In this document: in pieces, positions 43,402 to 56,643 of the stretch | Layout of the letters: each line of letters starts with the position of its first letter | Position numbering within the stretch: the stretch's first letter is position 1 | Origin: Leucoraja erinacea | Taxonomy: Eukaryota | Direction: 5' to 3' | Length of the DNA: 64,000 bases | Assembly (NCBI RefSeq): GCF_028641065.1 | Contig: NC_073389.1 | Location: 24,924,001 to 24,988,000 of the forward strand | The notes under the pieces: model-generated | What the model was told of the DNA's origin: nothing | Database searches by the model: none | Seen by the model: the letters and a program-made list of their open reading frames with translations, nothing else | Program-made: the position numbers and the translations under genes

Positions 43402-46400
43402 GTGGTGACTGCAATGGCAGGCAGAGTTAGCACGAGGTTTCAAGGAACACACAGGTTGACTGCTTCAAGCACAGAATGGATTTAGGAACAGAACCGGGGA
43501 TGAAAGTGATTGAAACACATGTAGATTTGTTACCTGTAATGTTCATGATACTCATGCTTCCCATTCCCACTACTGTTGCTAGTCGTTGGGTCTCCGCCCA
43601 CCATATACTGCTCATGAAGAAACACTTTGGGTAGTCGGGACAGGGGCCTCGGGCGCCCCTTCCTGATGGTCATGAGGTCAGAGCTCATCTGCGTATTAAT
43701 GGGCAGGAGCCGCGGCGGCTCGCGCAGCCGAGGAGCGGGCTGCTGGGCTGAAGATCATAGAGCGGATCTTGGTGTTGAGCCCCGGTCTGGGTAATGGCTA
43801 CAGGGAGATCGAGAACCAGAAACAGCATCGGGATTGAGCCACGTCTGACGAAGTAGATTTTAGTGTCACCAGCTTTCTCGTACGATCTGACGTTAGATAA
43901 TGCCGTAGAAACGTAGAAACATGATGCACGGATAGGCAATTTGGCGCATCCACACATGGTCATAGCTGATTTTCCTCACTACCTTGGTCCTACCCTCTCT
44001 TCCCTACATCTTAATGCTTTCAGTGTCTAAACATTTATGACCTTATTCAAAAATCTTGGCTTCCACAGGTCCTCCTTGTCTTAGTTTTAAATGGCTTGCT
44101 CCACATCCAATCCTGGGATTCTGAGCCCTGATATCAGAGCAGTCAAGAGAAATCATCATCTTGCATCCAATTTGTCCAAGATTTTAACCTTTCAATTAAA
44201 ATTTCACTCACTCTTCTAAACTCTAGTGGAAAAAGAACAAGTTTACCCCATCTCTCCTCGTAGGACAGTCCAACATAGGAATCAGTTTAATGTATTTCTC
44301 CTGTACTCAGAGCTATTGCACTGAAGGCTAACATACAAGTTATTACCACAAATGCTTGCTCAAATTTGCATATTTGTTTTCAATGACTGTTTTACAAAGG
44401 TGCAATCTATCACTGTTGGTTGGAGAAAAATTATAGTTTTCAGTTTCTCCAACCAGAGAATAATTTCACCTTTATATTCACCATCTTCCATATGCTTACC
44501 AATTCACTGATCTAAATCTTCATGTTTCTTTGCATCCTAACAACCTTCTTAATCATTGTCAATTTAGAAACACTACGGCTTGCCCTAACAAAATAGACCA
44601 TATTACTGCTCAATTTTCAATTCTTGCCAGCCTATTACTCCCAACCCGGTTTACTTTGATGAGGTTGGTGTGCAAAATTAAAGGTCTTTAAAAAAAACTA
44701 AATGTAGTCTTTATTATTTATTCTGCATTCTCAAAAACCTTCAGGTTTATCACACAAGATTTCCCTTTCATAAATCCATGTTGAGTTTGGTTAATTATGT
44801 TGCCATCTTCTAAGTCATTTATTATCACATTCTTTATAATAATCAAGTATTTTCCCTCCTGTCAGTTGGGCTAACTCATCTGTAGTTGCATATTTTCTGT
44901 CTGCCTCCAATTTTAAATAACGAGGTTCCAATTGCCACCTTCTGAGGTACAGCATGTTTAGTTTTGAGATGCAGTATAGAAACAGCCTACCATTGGTCAA
45001 CCATAAGGAACGAAAAATAGGAAGTGGTAAGAATAAATTCTCAAAATCCAGGCATAATGTAGCATGCAAAAGAGAAACGATGGTAGAATATTCTCAGACT
45101 CCAACAGATAAAAATGGAAAGATACTTCCATTGGTTACTCAAAGGATAAGTGGAAGATGATGAGGCAAGTAACTGTTTATTTTAAATTTATGATAACAGG
45201 CCTATTGGCCGAGTCCCCGCTGACCAACGCTCAGCCGTAGATGAACCTACAAATTTGCACGTCTTTAGAATGTGGGACGAAGCTGGAGCACTCGGAGGAA
45301 AACCCACACGGTCAGAGGGAGTACGTACAAACTTCTGCACAGACAGCACCTGTAGTCATGATCCACTGTGCTGCCTTAAAGTGCTAAAGGCAGTAGGCAG
45401 TTCAAGACTGAGCAGAGATCATGAGTAGAGCTGAGAGTCACTTAATTTCCCCTGAGATGCCCACAAAGTGCACTCATTCTTCTAATGTAAGGAAATTAAA
45501 GTTTTCAATCTGCAGAGCAGGCTCTAAAATAAAAAAATGTTTTGGTAATCAGTCATCACATTTTCTTTTTTGCGAGGTAAACTAACTCTTAGAATTGGGC
45601 CGTGAAATCTTTCAGTTGTAAAGTCGGATGGAATTAACATTCCATATGAATGAAGTCTCCTCAGAGAGTGAAGTTTTCCAGAACTGAGGCCAACTATCAA
45701 TTCAGATGAAATATTCATCTTTGAATTGTGGATTCAACTCACAACTTTCTGCCTCAGACGTGAGACCACAGCGAATCACAGTAATTACATATAAAATGAT
45801 GTCCAAAATTATCGTTGATTTAAAAAAAATATCAAATGACTCAAAAATAGTTATACAGCACCGAAATAGATCCTTCAGCCCAGCTTGTTCATGCTGACAA
45901 GTTGACAACCTGAATTAGCCACATTTCATGAGTCAAGTAGGTTTTATCGTCATCCCCGAAATGACAAAATGAAATTTTTACCTGCCCTTGACCGATATCC
46001 CTCGAAACCTTTCCTACCCACATACCTGTCCATGTAATTGTACCCACTTCTACCACTACTGCTGGCAGTTTTTATTTCCACGTACACACCTTGTGTGTTA
46101 AAAAGTTGCACCGCTCAGGTCCCTTTAAAACTTTCCTTCTTACCTTAGGTTTATGTCCTCTCGTTTTAGACTCACCTTTCCTGTGAAAAAACTGGCTTTT
46201 CATCTTGCCTACATCCCTCGTGATTTTATATACCACTGTAAGGTCACCTTTCAGCCTCCTATGTTCCAGGGGAAAAAACCCCAGCCTATTCAGTTATTCC
46301 TAACTTGAGCACTCCAGTCCTAGTAACATACTTGTGAATCTTTTCTGCATCCTTCCAACAGCTCGTTAACGGCAACAGCACACAATATTCCAAGTGCAGT

Positions 46401-46559
46401 CCCAGCAATAACTTGTACAACATATCATGACGCTTGTGCTCCATGCACTGACTGATAAAGGCAAGCAAACCAAAAGCTTTCCTCACCATCTTATGTACTT
46501 GTATCGTTACTTTCAGGGAACTAGTTAATATTGTGGGCGGGGAAAGAAGGGAAATTGCA

Positions 46560-49180
46560 TGATACTAAAATAAGTTTATGCAATTGGATTATCAGAAATA
46601 TATATTCAATTTATCATTGCTTCACGGTGACAAGCAATTTCAAGTCATGCTGATTATACCATTGGGGGAGAGAGGGATCTGGGTGATTTTGCTCTACATG
46701 CATTTAGTTTCTAACACCTTATTTTTAGTTATTAATGTGTCAATGAAAACCCTTACTCCTGGGTTTTTTGAATTATGGTCATTTTCAAATAGACCGGTGT
46801 GTAAAAGTAAAAGAAAAGTAAAATAGACTTTAGCCAACTTGGATAACTTTGAAACATGTTTGCAGAAAATGGCATGATTGCATCCCAGACCCACCTTCCT
46901 ACATATGGCAGTTAAATTATTTACACTATTCATCTAATTTATCCCTCATTTATATTATACTATCAACATCATCAACATGCAAATATAAGGTTTAAAATTG
47001 TTCTCTATCGCACAACTAAAAAATATACTATACTAATCTTGCTTATCAGTAAGATTTAACTTTATATTTTTCCCTATCTACATTAGTCACAGTGAATGAT
47101 TCCTCTAATGTTCCCATGGGATTAGTGTTCTCTGACAGTTAAATCAATGCCTGTGTATATTTTCTAAAATTAACTACTTGAACGAAGATGAAAATGTAAT
47201 AGTTCCATTAACAATGGTTCCATTGTTACTGTAATTAATGTTTAGTTGCAGTTTGTGTTTGCAAAAGTACTGCAATAAAATTATTCAAACTTCATTAAAA
47301 TAGTATAAAAATAAAATATTCTCATTTCAGTTGATCTACATTTTCAATTATTCAAGGATCTCAACTGTACCACTTATCCTTTAATACAGATTTCCATTGC
47401 CAATTGTGTTTCACGAAAGCATCCACGGCATTTGAACAATACGCATTTTCTGAAATGTATAACAGATATGTAAATCTCCTTTCAATACTGTTAGGAATGG
47501 CATTACATCAAAGAAAGCAGGAATTAAGTTACAAAATGTCTTAAGGCAAACAATGCATTCCTCTGTGCTCTAAAATCCTGATGGGAACAGTTTTATAAAA
47601 TACTATTTTCTCTTAACCGGAATGGACTCCAGAAAATATGAAAATGCTCAATAAATTCCAGTTGTGAAATTGTGCTTCGTTTTCTTTTACATTTTTCCAC
47701 AGTATTTTCATTTTTATATTACATGACCAGAGATACTGTTCAGTTCCCGATGGCCAGCACCACACTGGCCTTACCACTGACCAGTTATAAAAGTATAGAA
47801 CTTACAGCCCTGTAATTGGAAACACAATAATGTCTTAGGCAGCTGTACTGAAGGTCAATAATTGCAGCTTGTTCAATTTAACATGGCTGGGTGAGGTCAA
47901 GCTCCGTATAAGCTTGAAGAATGACAATTAGGAAATAAAAACAGGCAAAAACTGACCACATAAAGGGAAGCTTTTAGAAAAAAAAGTCCAATCGCAATTT
48001 TTTTGTATCGTTATCTTCAGTAGCACTGCAGGCCAGTTTGCATGAAGTTGTGACGTGAGCTGAACTGCTTGTATCTGACCACAAACTATCTCTTTTTTTT
48101 TTACGCACAGTATTTCTTTAGTAAAATTTGTGCATTTTAATACATATAATTCAATGATAAAAATTAAACCATTTTTCCAGACGGAACATAATTAAAATAT
48201 TTATATTCAAAGACGACACATATCTGAAATGGCGAAATTGCAAATTCTTCCCCTTAGAACAAATTAAATTGCAACAAAGTACAAACACATTTCACTACAT
48301 GATTAAAAATCAGTCATTTATAAACTTGCCCACAATGCAAGGGATGTGCATAGGTTTACAATTGTTTTTGAATAATAATTCCCTTGGGTAATTTTTCCAA
48401 CAAATGGAATGTACGTTGCTGTAGAATACAGTTTCCAACACAGATACACCAACAGCATGAATTCTGTAACTCCACATGCAGTAAAACCTGATTCCAATTT
48501 CTAAAATGTTTGTACAATTTTAAATTGTAAATGACAGTATCCCCTTTATTAAATTTGACCGGTTTGTGAAAAAAAATCACATCTATTTAATACACCTACT
48601 ATATCCAACCTCAACAAATGAGTGCAGGTATCTGTAACTTTGCAGATGTAAGATATTGCTTAAAGCTTGTACCAATTATTCACAGGGGGCATCCGAAGAT
48701 GTAATATCTGAATTTATTATACAATGCCAGCCATGTGAAATTAAATTTCAAACAGGCAGCCACATAGGCAGGCTATTTGCAGTTTTAAAGTTCAGCAGAT
48801 CCATTATTTGGAAAGAAAATTTGGGTGGATAAATTTGTGTTTAAAGCTTACTTAATTAAAACTTAGTACAAGCAACTGTTCAAATAACAATGCAGATCAA
48901 TGTGGGATTTACCAATGTTTATAGAGCAGGATGCATTTATAGATCTGATTTTAATAATGGAAGCACAGCCCTCACACATTTTAAAAAGGGACACTGTCAC
49001 TTTCAGAGTTTGATATTTTCTCTCCATCCATTTAGAAGGACATAACAATAGTCAAAAAAATTAGGGCACACTAATCCTAGGCAGTCTATAAGGGGCAAGA
49101 TTTGATGCATGGTCATTTACAAAGTCTAACGTCAGGTGTTGCTAGGGAATGATAAAGTTCATGGTTTCTCTCTCCAGTCC
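46560..49180 (-). other. CASK: Probable CASK 3'UTR (AT-rich, repeat-free; distal end uncertain)
   Basis: Follows the stop codon, with no recognisable transposon until ~46520. Confidence 0.5.
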
Positions 49181-49405
<225 letters not shown>

Positions 49406-51220
49406 TTAGCTTCTCTCCACATTCAAGTAATGTCCATATCAGCCGTTTCCTCGTGGACTGATTGACATCCCTCAGTATTTGCAACAGTTTATATTCTATT
49501 GAAGAGTTCAATTTTTTTTCTTTTCTTAACCAGTCTAATTAGACACACAATACACAGAAAAACTTGCAAAATGTTTAGAGTGAAGCTTTAAGACATTTCT
49601 TCTTAATCAATTACAAGCTCATTAAGCTTATGGTTTGAAATGTTTTCTGATCAGTTTCACCATAAGAAACAAATCTTTAATGCTTGATTAATTAACTGCA
49701 GCGCATGAGAAGAGGCAGGATTGGTATTCGTTTTGCTGCAATTTTGTGATTAAGTGTGATAGTACAACAAAACTACCCAGTACAAGCCCATTACTTAAAC
49801 TATGATGTCATTTACTTTCTAAATTCAGAAACCAGGTGCTGATGTCTGAAAGATGGGGCATGGGCAACCCAGAGGGGCTGCCAAACATATACTTCTGACG
49901 TTATTCTCATATTTATGAGTAAATTATCTAGAGTGGTAGCAAACTTCAAAAAAGCTCTCACAAAACTTTTCAATATAAGGAAGATGACAGATCTCCCAGA
50001 GGGAGCCGATCATATGTCTTTTAATCCCAATAACCAATAGAACCATGGCAGGGTATGGGGGTTTCCCCCCCATTTATTAGACCTCTCGCTGCCAATGCTG
50101 AAAAAAACCCAAAATGATAGATATTTTAAAAGCATTGATTTGCAAACATACAAAAATGCTATTGATTACTTAAATGTATATATATTTTGAAATAAAGAGT
50201 GAATAAAACCCGACCAATGTACTTTTCAGATAAAGGTTGGTGACACCATTCAAGTGAATGGTGTTTCACCAGATGCACCCTGGGATGAGCAGTTTATGAA
50301 CACTGCTGGATTTAATCAGATCAAGAGGTTAAAAGCATATCTGACTGCCAGCACATTCCCAGCGTTGGTGTTGCTGGGTGCCAGTGCACGTCTAGGCTGC
50401 ATTGCCAAGTGGATTGCCACCAGCTGGCAGGTCTCCATGGAACTGATGGTTTTCCATTATTGATTCTGCCTCAATATTTGTTTTTTCCCCATTCAGCTGA
50501 GAAATAACTCGACCTTTCTCAATATGAAATGCAAGTTGTAGTTATCATGAATTCTTCTACATTCATCTGGCAAAGCAGCAATTGACTTACACAATGTGCT
50601 GGAGTAACTCAGTGGGTCCGGCAGCATCGCTGGAGAACATGGATAGGTGACATTTCTGGTTGGAACACTACTTCAGACCCACTGAGTTACTCCAGCAATA
50701 TCTGCAGTTCCTCGTGTCTACAATCAACTTATTGAAACTGGTTAAAATGAAAATTATAATAATAAAATTATTTAATAAATGTAAGAAAATTGAAATAATA
50801 AAAATAAAATATGTTTCTCAAGTTGAACTACACAGCATTTACCCAACTAATATGATAAAATGTTTATTTTAAGATTTTATTTGATCAGCAAAACTCATTA
50901 ACAAATTAGTGTACATCTGTGGACTAGATAAATTAAAAAATAAGTTCAAGGAAGACCATCAAAAGATTCAGTCACTTCAAGAAAATCTTTATGAAACTTA
51001 ACTAATGTCATGGATATCTTTTTGCAAACAAGGCTGATTTTCTCCATAATGTGATTAAAAGGCCTAAAAGTAAAATGGTACAACAACAACATTTACTCAA
51101 TGTTCTAATAATAACCACCTTGAATAAAACCAAAACTCTTCTCAAGGATGACTATGGCACCACTAATTGCAAAAACTAAATTGCCATTTTCAGTCATCCC
51201 TGTCTAATACAAATACTTAC

Positions 51221-51247
51221 AGGTAGCTTTTTGCACCACCTTGGGAG
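51221..51247 (-). CDS. CASK: CASK 27-nt in-frame microexon (LPRWCKKLP)
   Basis: Minus strand: long pyrimidine tract ...tttacatag|ctcccaaggtggtgcaaaaagctacct|gtaagt, phase 0-0. Confidence 0.8.
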
Positions 51248-51968
51248 CTATGTAAAAATCAGAAAGGAAGTAAGAAAGTGAACATAAAATGTGAGTTTAA
51301 ATAATAAAAGGGCAGAAAAATAAAGGCAAAGACTGAAGATCACGCAGAAGAACAAGCTTTATAAATTTAATTTGCCACTTACAAAGTATCAAGTTTACCA
51401 AGCTATTTCGCTGCAAACTCTTTCCTCAAAGGTCTAATTTTCCTCAATCCTCCCCACCCCATTAGGTCCCCACTGCTGCTGTTTTCAACCACGACTGCTT
51501 AGGCTGGAACTGCTATAATGCTGCTATAATGCAGATTTTTTTTATTTTATTTATTTATTTTTTAAATTTCTATTTATTTTTCATGCACACTGAATGGACA
51601 CTGGTTGAGCAACGTTTTTTTGTTTCCTCTGGGTATGCGAATACTCAGGAAATGACAATAAAGATATACAGTTGATAAAATTGATGGACTGGATAATATC
51701 AGGAATCAACGGCATAGTCAATCACCAGTGCAACAGTCGTGTTTCTATTGACTGTAGCTGCCTTATGATAAATGAATTTGTTTAGTCCTGGCAGAATCAG
51801 TGAGCAATGATTTATATATATACATATATTGCGATTACGTGGTACTATTTCACAGAATCCTCAGAAGTACCCGAAAGATTGCTGGAAACAGTGCAAAGGA
51901 AATGAATCATGGATTTGCACAAACCTGTCCTTGAACCTTAGAAAAATGTTTTTGTAAACATACCTTTT

Positions 51969-52475
51969 AGACAATAGACAATAGATGCAGGAGTAGGCCC
52001 TTCAAGCCAGCACCGCCATTCACTGTGATCATGGCTGATCATCCACAATCAGTACACCATTCCGGCCTTCTCCCCATATCCCATGACTCCGCTACCTTTA
52101 AGAGTTCTATCTAACTCTCCCTTGAAAGCATCCAGAGAATCGGCCTCCACTGCCTCCTGAGGCAGAGAATTCCACAGACTCATAACTCTCTGGGTGAAAA
52201 ATGTTTTCCTCATCTCCGTTCTAAATAGCCTACCCCTTATTCTTAAACTGCACTCCCCCAACATCGGGAACATGTTTGATGCCTCTAGCGTGTCCAATCC
52301 CATAATAAACTTATATGTTTCAATAAGATCCCCTCTCATCCTAAATTCCAGTGTCTACAAGCCCAGTCGCTCCATTCTTTCAACATATGACAGTCCAGCC
52401 ATCCCGGGAATTAACCTCATGAAGCACTCCCTCAATAGCAACAATGTCCTTCCTCAAATTTGGAGACCAAAACTT
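51969..52475 (-). mobile_element. CR1 3' fragment
   Basis: MRGDLIETYK..FFTQRV..LWNSLP, same (ctattgt)n tail. Confidence 0.88.
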
Positions 52476-52964
52476 TCAGACGTTTTTTTAAAAAAACTTT
52501 ACCAACGTTATCTTTGATCTATCCCATCCTCAATATGTCCAATAAGCAAAATTATTCAAAAACTCTTGCATCTCTAGGTCCAAGACAATAATCACATCAG
52601 CATTTCTCCTACAACCTGTGTTGTCATGATGGCTATTTAAGTGAAATCAAATAAAATGTCCTCCAATTGAACATTAAGATAAGCAAATCCATTATCTTCA
52701 GTCCATCCAAAAACTCCATGCACTGTACCATCACCTCCCATGGTCCCAACATATAAAATAACTCTGTTGACAGTTGCATCAGATTTGACTTTGAACCAAG
52801 CTTCAGTGTCCTCTCCATCATCAACATCTACTTTCACCTGTAATATCGCTCACCCTCCCATACAAATATAGCACTTGCATTAAGCTTCTCTATCCCCACG
52901 TCCAGAGAGGGAGTTTCTTTTGTTCCCTTCCAGGAACGGTTAGTTTAAAAACCGGGCGTGACTA

Positions 52965-54703
52965 GCTGGGAACACATTCCTTCAAGCTCGGGAACGGCAG
53001 GAGGGAGTTTGGCAATTGGCTGTAAAGTAAGCAATTCGCATATTGGTTTATTGATTGTGACAAATTGGGCAATTTATCAGCCAATATAAGCAAGGCTTGC
53101 TGTCGGGGAGCGGCCTTGTGAGTAAAGTGCGAGTCTTTGGCTCGAGAGTCTTCGGCGAGGAGGCTAGGAGAGGTGACTACGCAAAAAGCTGGAGAGGACG
53201 GGACACGGTGAACACATGACGGGTAAGATGAGGCAGTTTGATGTTTGCAGGATGTGGGAGGCCAGGGACACGGATGGAGCCTCTGGCTGCTACAGCTGTG
53301 GCAAGTGCGTCCAGGTTCAGCTCCTGAAGGACCGTGTTGGGGCACTGGAGAAGCAGCTGGATGACCTCAGGGCCATCCGGGAAAACGAGTTTCCTGGACA
53401 GGACCTACAGTGAGGTTGTCACGCCGAGGATACGGGAACCAAGGTGTGTGACTGAGAGAATGGGTGGTAACCGTGTAGTGCAGGAGACCCAGGTGGCTGT
53501 GCCTAATGAAAACAGGTAGGCCCTCTTGGGAACTGTCGGGGGAGACAACGCTTCCAGTCCGAGCTGCGGACACGTCTGGGGCTCCAATCCTAGAGATGGG
53601 ACTCGACCGGCGAGACCAACATCGGGCAGAGCCATAGTGGTGGGTGACTCCATTGTCCGAGGAGCAGACAAGAGATTCTGTGGCGGCAGGCGAGACGAGA
53701 GGATGGTATATTGCCTCCGTGGTGCTAGGGTTCAGGATGTCACAAACCGAATTCCGAACATCATCGAGAGAGAAGGTGAACAGCCGGCAGTAGTTTTGCA
53801 CGTAGGCACAAACGGCATCGGGAAGAAGAGGAAAGAGGTTTTGCAACGTGAGTTCAGAGAGTGGGGAAGACTGAAAGGCAGGACTCCTAGGGTGGTTATC
53901 TCTGGATTGCTTCCAGTACCTCGTGCTAGTGAGGACAGGAACAGAGAGATAGGGGATCTGAATGTGTGGCTGAGGGGCTGGTGCAGGGAGCAAGGATTTA
54001 GATTTATAGACCACTGGGATCTCTTCTGGGGTAAGGGTGACCTGTACAAAAGGGACGGGTTACACCTTAACTGGAGGGGAACCGACGTTCTGGAAGGCAG
54101 GTTTGCAAGGGCTACACGTGTGGGGTTAAACTAAATAGTGGGGGGGGAGGGATTGACAAAAAGGGAGTATAAAGATGGAGTTGAAGGGGAAGTGAGTACA
54201 GGAAGAGTTACAAAAGACTCCCGAATTAATGGGAAGGAAAGTTCGAGAAGGCAGTGAAGAAAGCGAATGGCATGTTGGCCTTCATAACAAGGAGTTGAGT
54301 ATAGGAGCAAAGAGGTCCTCCTGCAGTCGTATAAGGCCCCAGTGAGATCACACCTGGAGTATTGTGTGCAGTTTTGGTCCCCTAATTTGAGGAAGGACAT
54401 TCTTGCTATTGAGGTAGTGCAGCGTAGGTTTACAAGGTTAATTCCTGGGATGGTGGGACTGTCATATGCTCAAAGAATGGAGCGGCTGGGTTTGTATACT
54501 CTGGAGTTTAGAAGGATGAGAGGTTATCTTATTGAAACATATAAGATTATTAAGGGTTTGGACACGCTAGAGGCAGAAAACATGTTCCCGATGTTGGGGG
54601 AGTCCAGAACCAGGGGCAACTGTGATCAGCCATGATCACATTGAATGGCAGTGCCGGCTCAAAGGGCCGAATGGCCTACTCCTGCACCTATTGTCTATTG
54701 TCT
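52965..54703 (+). mobile_element. Internally deleted CR1 LINE: 5'UTR, ORF1 (Cys motif, coiled coil, SGNH esterase) and ORF2 3' tip
   Basis: CRMWE..CGKC; GDS..G..GTN..DGLH; jumps to HLEYCVQFWSP; (ctattgt)n tail. 5' boundary approximate. Confidence 0.85.
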
Positions 54704-54829
54704 AACCAATTGGGTGACCAATTTGCTGCAAACTTCCATTCAGCACACAAACATGACCCTAAGCTTCCGCGCACTTGTCACTTTAATTCACCAAACCACT
54801 CCCATCATAAATTTTCCATTACCTTGTAA

Positions 54830-55475
54830 ACACCGGGTGGCGCCACCAGCAGTGGCTGCCTCGCCAACAGTAGGGTGCTGCGGGAACCTTTTTTTCAATC
54901 TCTTACCTCGACGGAGATGCAAATTTTCCCCGTATCGTATCTCTGTCTGCACTGAGGCCTAACATCGTGGAATTGGCAGCTTTTCCTGGAGACCGACCCG
55001 GCTCTCCAAGCCACAGGAGTCTGCGGGACTTTAACATCAGGGAGCTTGCGATCCCTTTGCCGGGGATCGAATCTCCAACTGCGGGGACTGCGGACTTTAA
55101 CATCGTGAAGCCTGCGATCTCTGGTAAGAAGAGGTCGACTCGGGATCTCCATGCCATGGAGAGTTTCAACCACCCCGACCCGGGAGTTTCGATCAACCCG
55201 ACATGGGCTTCGATCATCGGCTGTGGGGTCTTTGATCGCTCCGACTGCGGATGGTTTAACTGCCCCGATCGTGGGAGAACAAAGAGGAAGAAGATTGAAC
55301 TTTATTGCCTTCCATCACAGTGAGGAATGTGGAATCCACTGTGGTGGATGTTTATGTTAACTTTTATGTGGTTGTGTGTCTTGTTGCTTTTCACTTAGCA
55401 TGGTTGTATGGTAATTCAAATTTCACTACCTTAATTGGTACATCTGACAAGAAACTGAATTTGAAACCTTGAAAA
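54830..55475 (+). mobile_element. GC-rich non-autonomous retroposon; 5'-truncated inverted copy at ~41773-41953
   Basis: Internal repeats ggactttaacatc. The 3' ~180 bp is the reverse complement of 41773-41953. Confidence 0.65.
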
Positions 55476-56413
55476 AAAAAATATTTTTTATGATCAGGGC
55501 ACCGATGGGCAATCCTTAGTTGCCCTTGTAAACCTGATGGTCAGCCTTTTCTTGAACTGCTGTGTCTTTCTAGTGAAGGACTGCTGGGGAGAGAGTTTGA
55601 GGAATTTAGACTGGTGATAAGTAAGAAACAATAATGCTTTTCAAAGTGAGGATGGTGAGTGTTTTGGAGAACTGGCAGAAGGTTTCCCTTACATGTGCAG
55701 TCATTGTCCTTCTTGGTGGTCTTTGTGACTTTTTGGGGTACTGTCAGAATTACCCAAGAAAATGATTGTTGTCCATTTAGTAGATGATACATATTGCAGT
55801 CATGGTGCGCCAGGTGTGGAAGTAATCAATGATCAGTGTGGTGGCTGCATTGTTCTTGTTGACATCAACCTTCTGGGGCCGTGAGATATACTCATCCAGG
55901 CAAATGGACAGTATTCCATCCTATTCTTGTTTTGTTGACAGTGGAAAAGGGGATTTTGAGAGTCACTTGCAGCGTAATACACATGACACCATGTGTATGT
56001 GGTGGCTGGTACAATGGAGTTATTTGTCAGTGGTGACACACAGGTTGTTGTTAACAAAGCTTTAGCGATAGTAATATCAAAGGTAGGTGGTTGAAGATGA
56101 TCACTGTCTGGCACCACTGAGTAGTGTAAATATTATTTTTTATACGTGAATGTTGGTTCATTCGTGGAGGTGTTCTAAATGGAATGATTAACAGTAAACA
56201 TTCTTACTTTTTACTTGATGGTAGGAAGAAGTCATTGATGAAGCAGCTGAAGGTGGTGAGAGCCAGGAACATTGTACTGAGGAACTCCTGCATCATTGAC
56301 TTGGTGCTACGATGACTTGTTACTAACAACCAAAATCCATCTTTCTTTGTACGAGGTATCACTCCAACCATGGATTCCTTTTCCCTTAATGTCCATTTTT
56401 ACATTGCTTCCTT

Positions 56414-56643
56414 TGTGGCGCCATCTGATAGTCGGGCCTTTGTTTAGTCGAACCCTCAGAAGAAGCGTGTGACTGAGGGGCGGGGGTTGGAGATAAGGAG
56501 TTAAAAAGGGAGTTTTTGTGTGTGCCTGGCAGAGGGCCACGCATCTATTCCCTCAGCCACACTGCTATTGTTTTGAAGTTCCTTCGTATTTAATAAAGCT
56601 TTCTCTGGAGTTTACAATATGTGACTCGCTTTATTGTGCTTCA
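56414..56643 (+). mobile_element. Solo LTR (230 bp)
   Basis: TG...CA ends, 4-bp TSD cctt, GC box, TATA-like ttaaaa, AATAAA at 56592. Confidence 0.7.
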
